Part shown: piece by piece, positions 63,441 through 64,000 of the stretch
Numbering within the stretch: the first letter of the stretch is position 1
How the letters are laid out: each line of letters begins with the position of its first letter
Source of the DNA: Vicugna vicugna
Taxonomy: Eukaryota
Assembly: GCA_013265495.1 (NCBI GenBank)
Contig: MU058009.1
Coordinates: 1,118,001-1,182,000, forward strand
Direction of reading: 5' to 3'
Length of the DNA stretch: 64,000 bases
Made by a program: the position numbers and the translations under genes
The notes under the pieces: model-generated
Databases searched by the model: none
What the model was told of the DNA's origin: nothing
What the model saw: the letters and a program-made list of their open reading frames with translations, nothing else

Positions 63441-64000
63441 GGTCAGAGCAGCCATCATTCAAAAGTCCACAAATGGGAAATGCTGGAGAGGCTGTGGAGA
63501 AAGGGGAACCCTCCTGCACTGCCAGTGGGGACGCAGTTTGGTGCAGTCATTGTGGAAAACAGTATGGCAATTCCTCAAAAGACTAGGAATAAATTTACCG
63601 TATGACCCAGGAATCCCACACCTGGCATATATCCAGAAGGAACCCTGCTTCAAAAAGACACCTGCACCCCAATGTGCATAGCAGCACTATTTGCAATAGC
63701 CAAGACATGGAGACAGCCTAAATGTCCATCAACAGATGACTGGCTAAAGAAGATGTGGTATATGTATACAATGTGATACTATTCAGCCATAAAAAATGAC
63801 AACATAACGCCATTTGCAGCAACATGGATGGGCCTGGAGATTGTCATTCTAAGCGAAGTAAGCCAGAAAGAGAAAGAAAAATACCATATGAGATCACTCA
63901 TATGTGGAATCTAAAAAAAAAAAAAACCTAAATACAAAACAGACTCATAGACATAGAATACAAACTCGTGTTTGCCAAGGGGGTCAGGGGGTGGGAATGG
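63441..64000 (+). mobile_element. Young 5'-truncated L1 (ORF2 C-terminus and 3'UTR), runs off the window
   Basis: Translates to [15 protein letters not shown] (ORF2 CCHC region)...[23 protein letters not shown], then frameshifts. 3'UTR 'gagaaagaaaaataccatatgagatcactcatatgtggaatct'. Confidence 0.95.

Noticed and set aside
1..64000. CRISPR arrays, operons or other prokaryote-type systems; tRNA and rRNA genes
   Set aside because: The sequence is mammalian; I saw no regularly spaced repeats, long ORFs or complete structural RNA genes.

Overview
Mammalian genomic DNA, mostly ancient interspersed repeats (L1, HAL1-like, L2, MIR, MaLR/ERV LTRs, hAT MITEs), with several microsatellites and one 21-N assembly gap. 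I saw no Alu, B1/B2, CAN-SINE, Bov-tA, PRE-1 or ERE SINEs, and the youngest L1 3' tails resemble camelid L1s, so the source may be a camel or alpaca (inference). I recognise no host protein-coding gene, tRNA or rRNA. The ORF track is short chance ORFs; the only recognisable protein is decayed L1 ORF2. The window reads as intergenic or deep-intronic. Best-supported structural observations: a twin-primed (5'-inverted) L1, a solo ERV LTR splitting a MIR next to a chimeric LTR/LTR/L1 junction, a 65-bp L1 tail with a target-site duplication (TSD), and nested insertions that give a relative chronology. Repeat-free stretches hold candidate regulatory or transcript signals: a minus-strand TATA/Inr plus micro-exons near 21.6 kb, CTCF, AP-1, GATA and ZNF143-type motifs, a strong G-quadruplex motif and several orphan exon-like segments. 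All of these are hypotheses. I found no convincing previously undescribed biological system. Repeat family names come from recalled consensus sequences and boundaries are approximate unless a TSD is given; RepeatMasker/Dfam is needed to confirm them.
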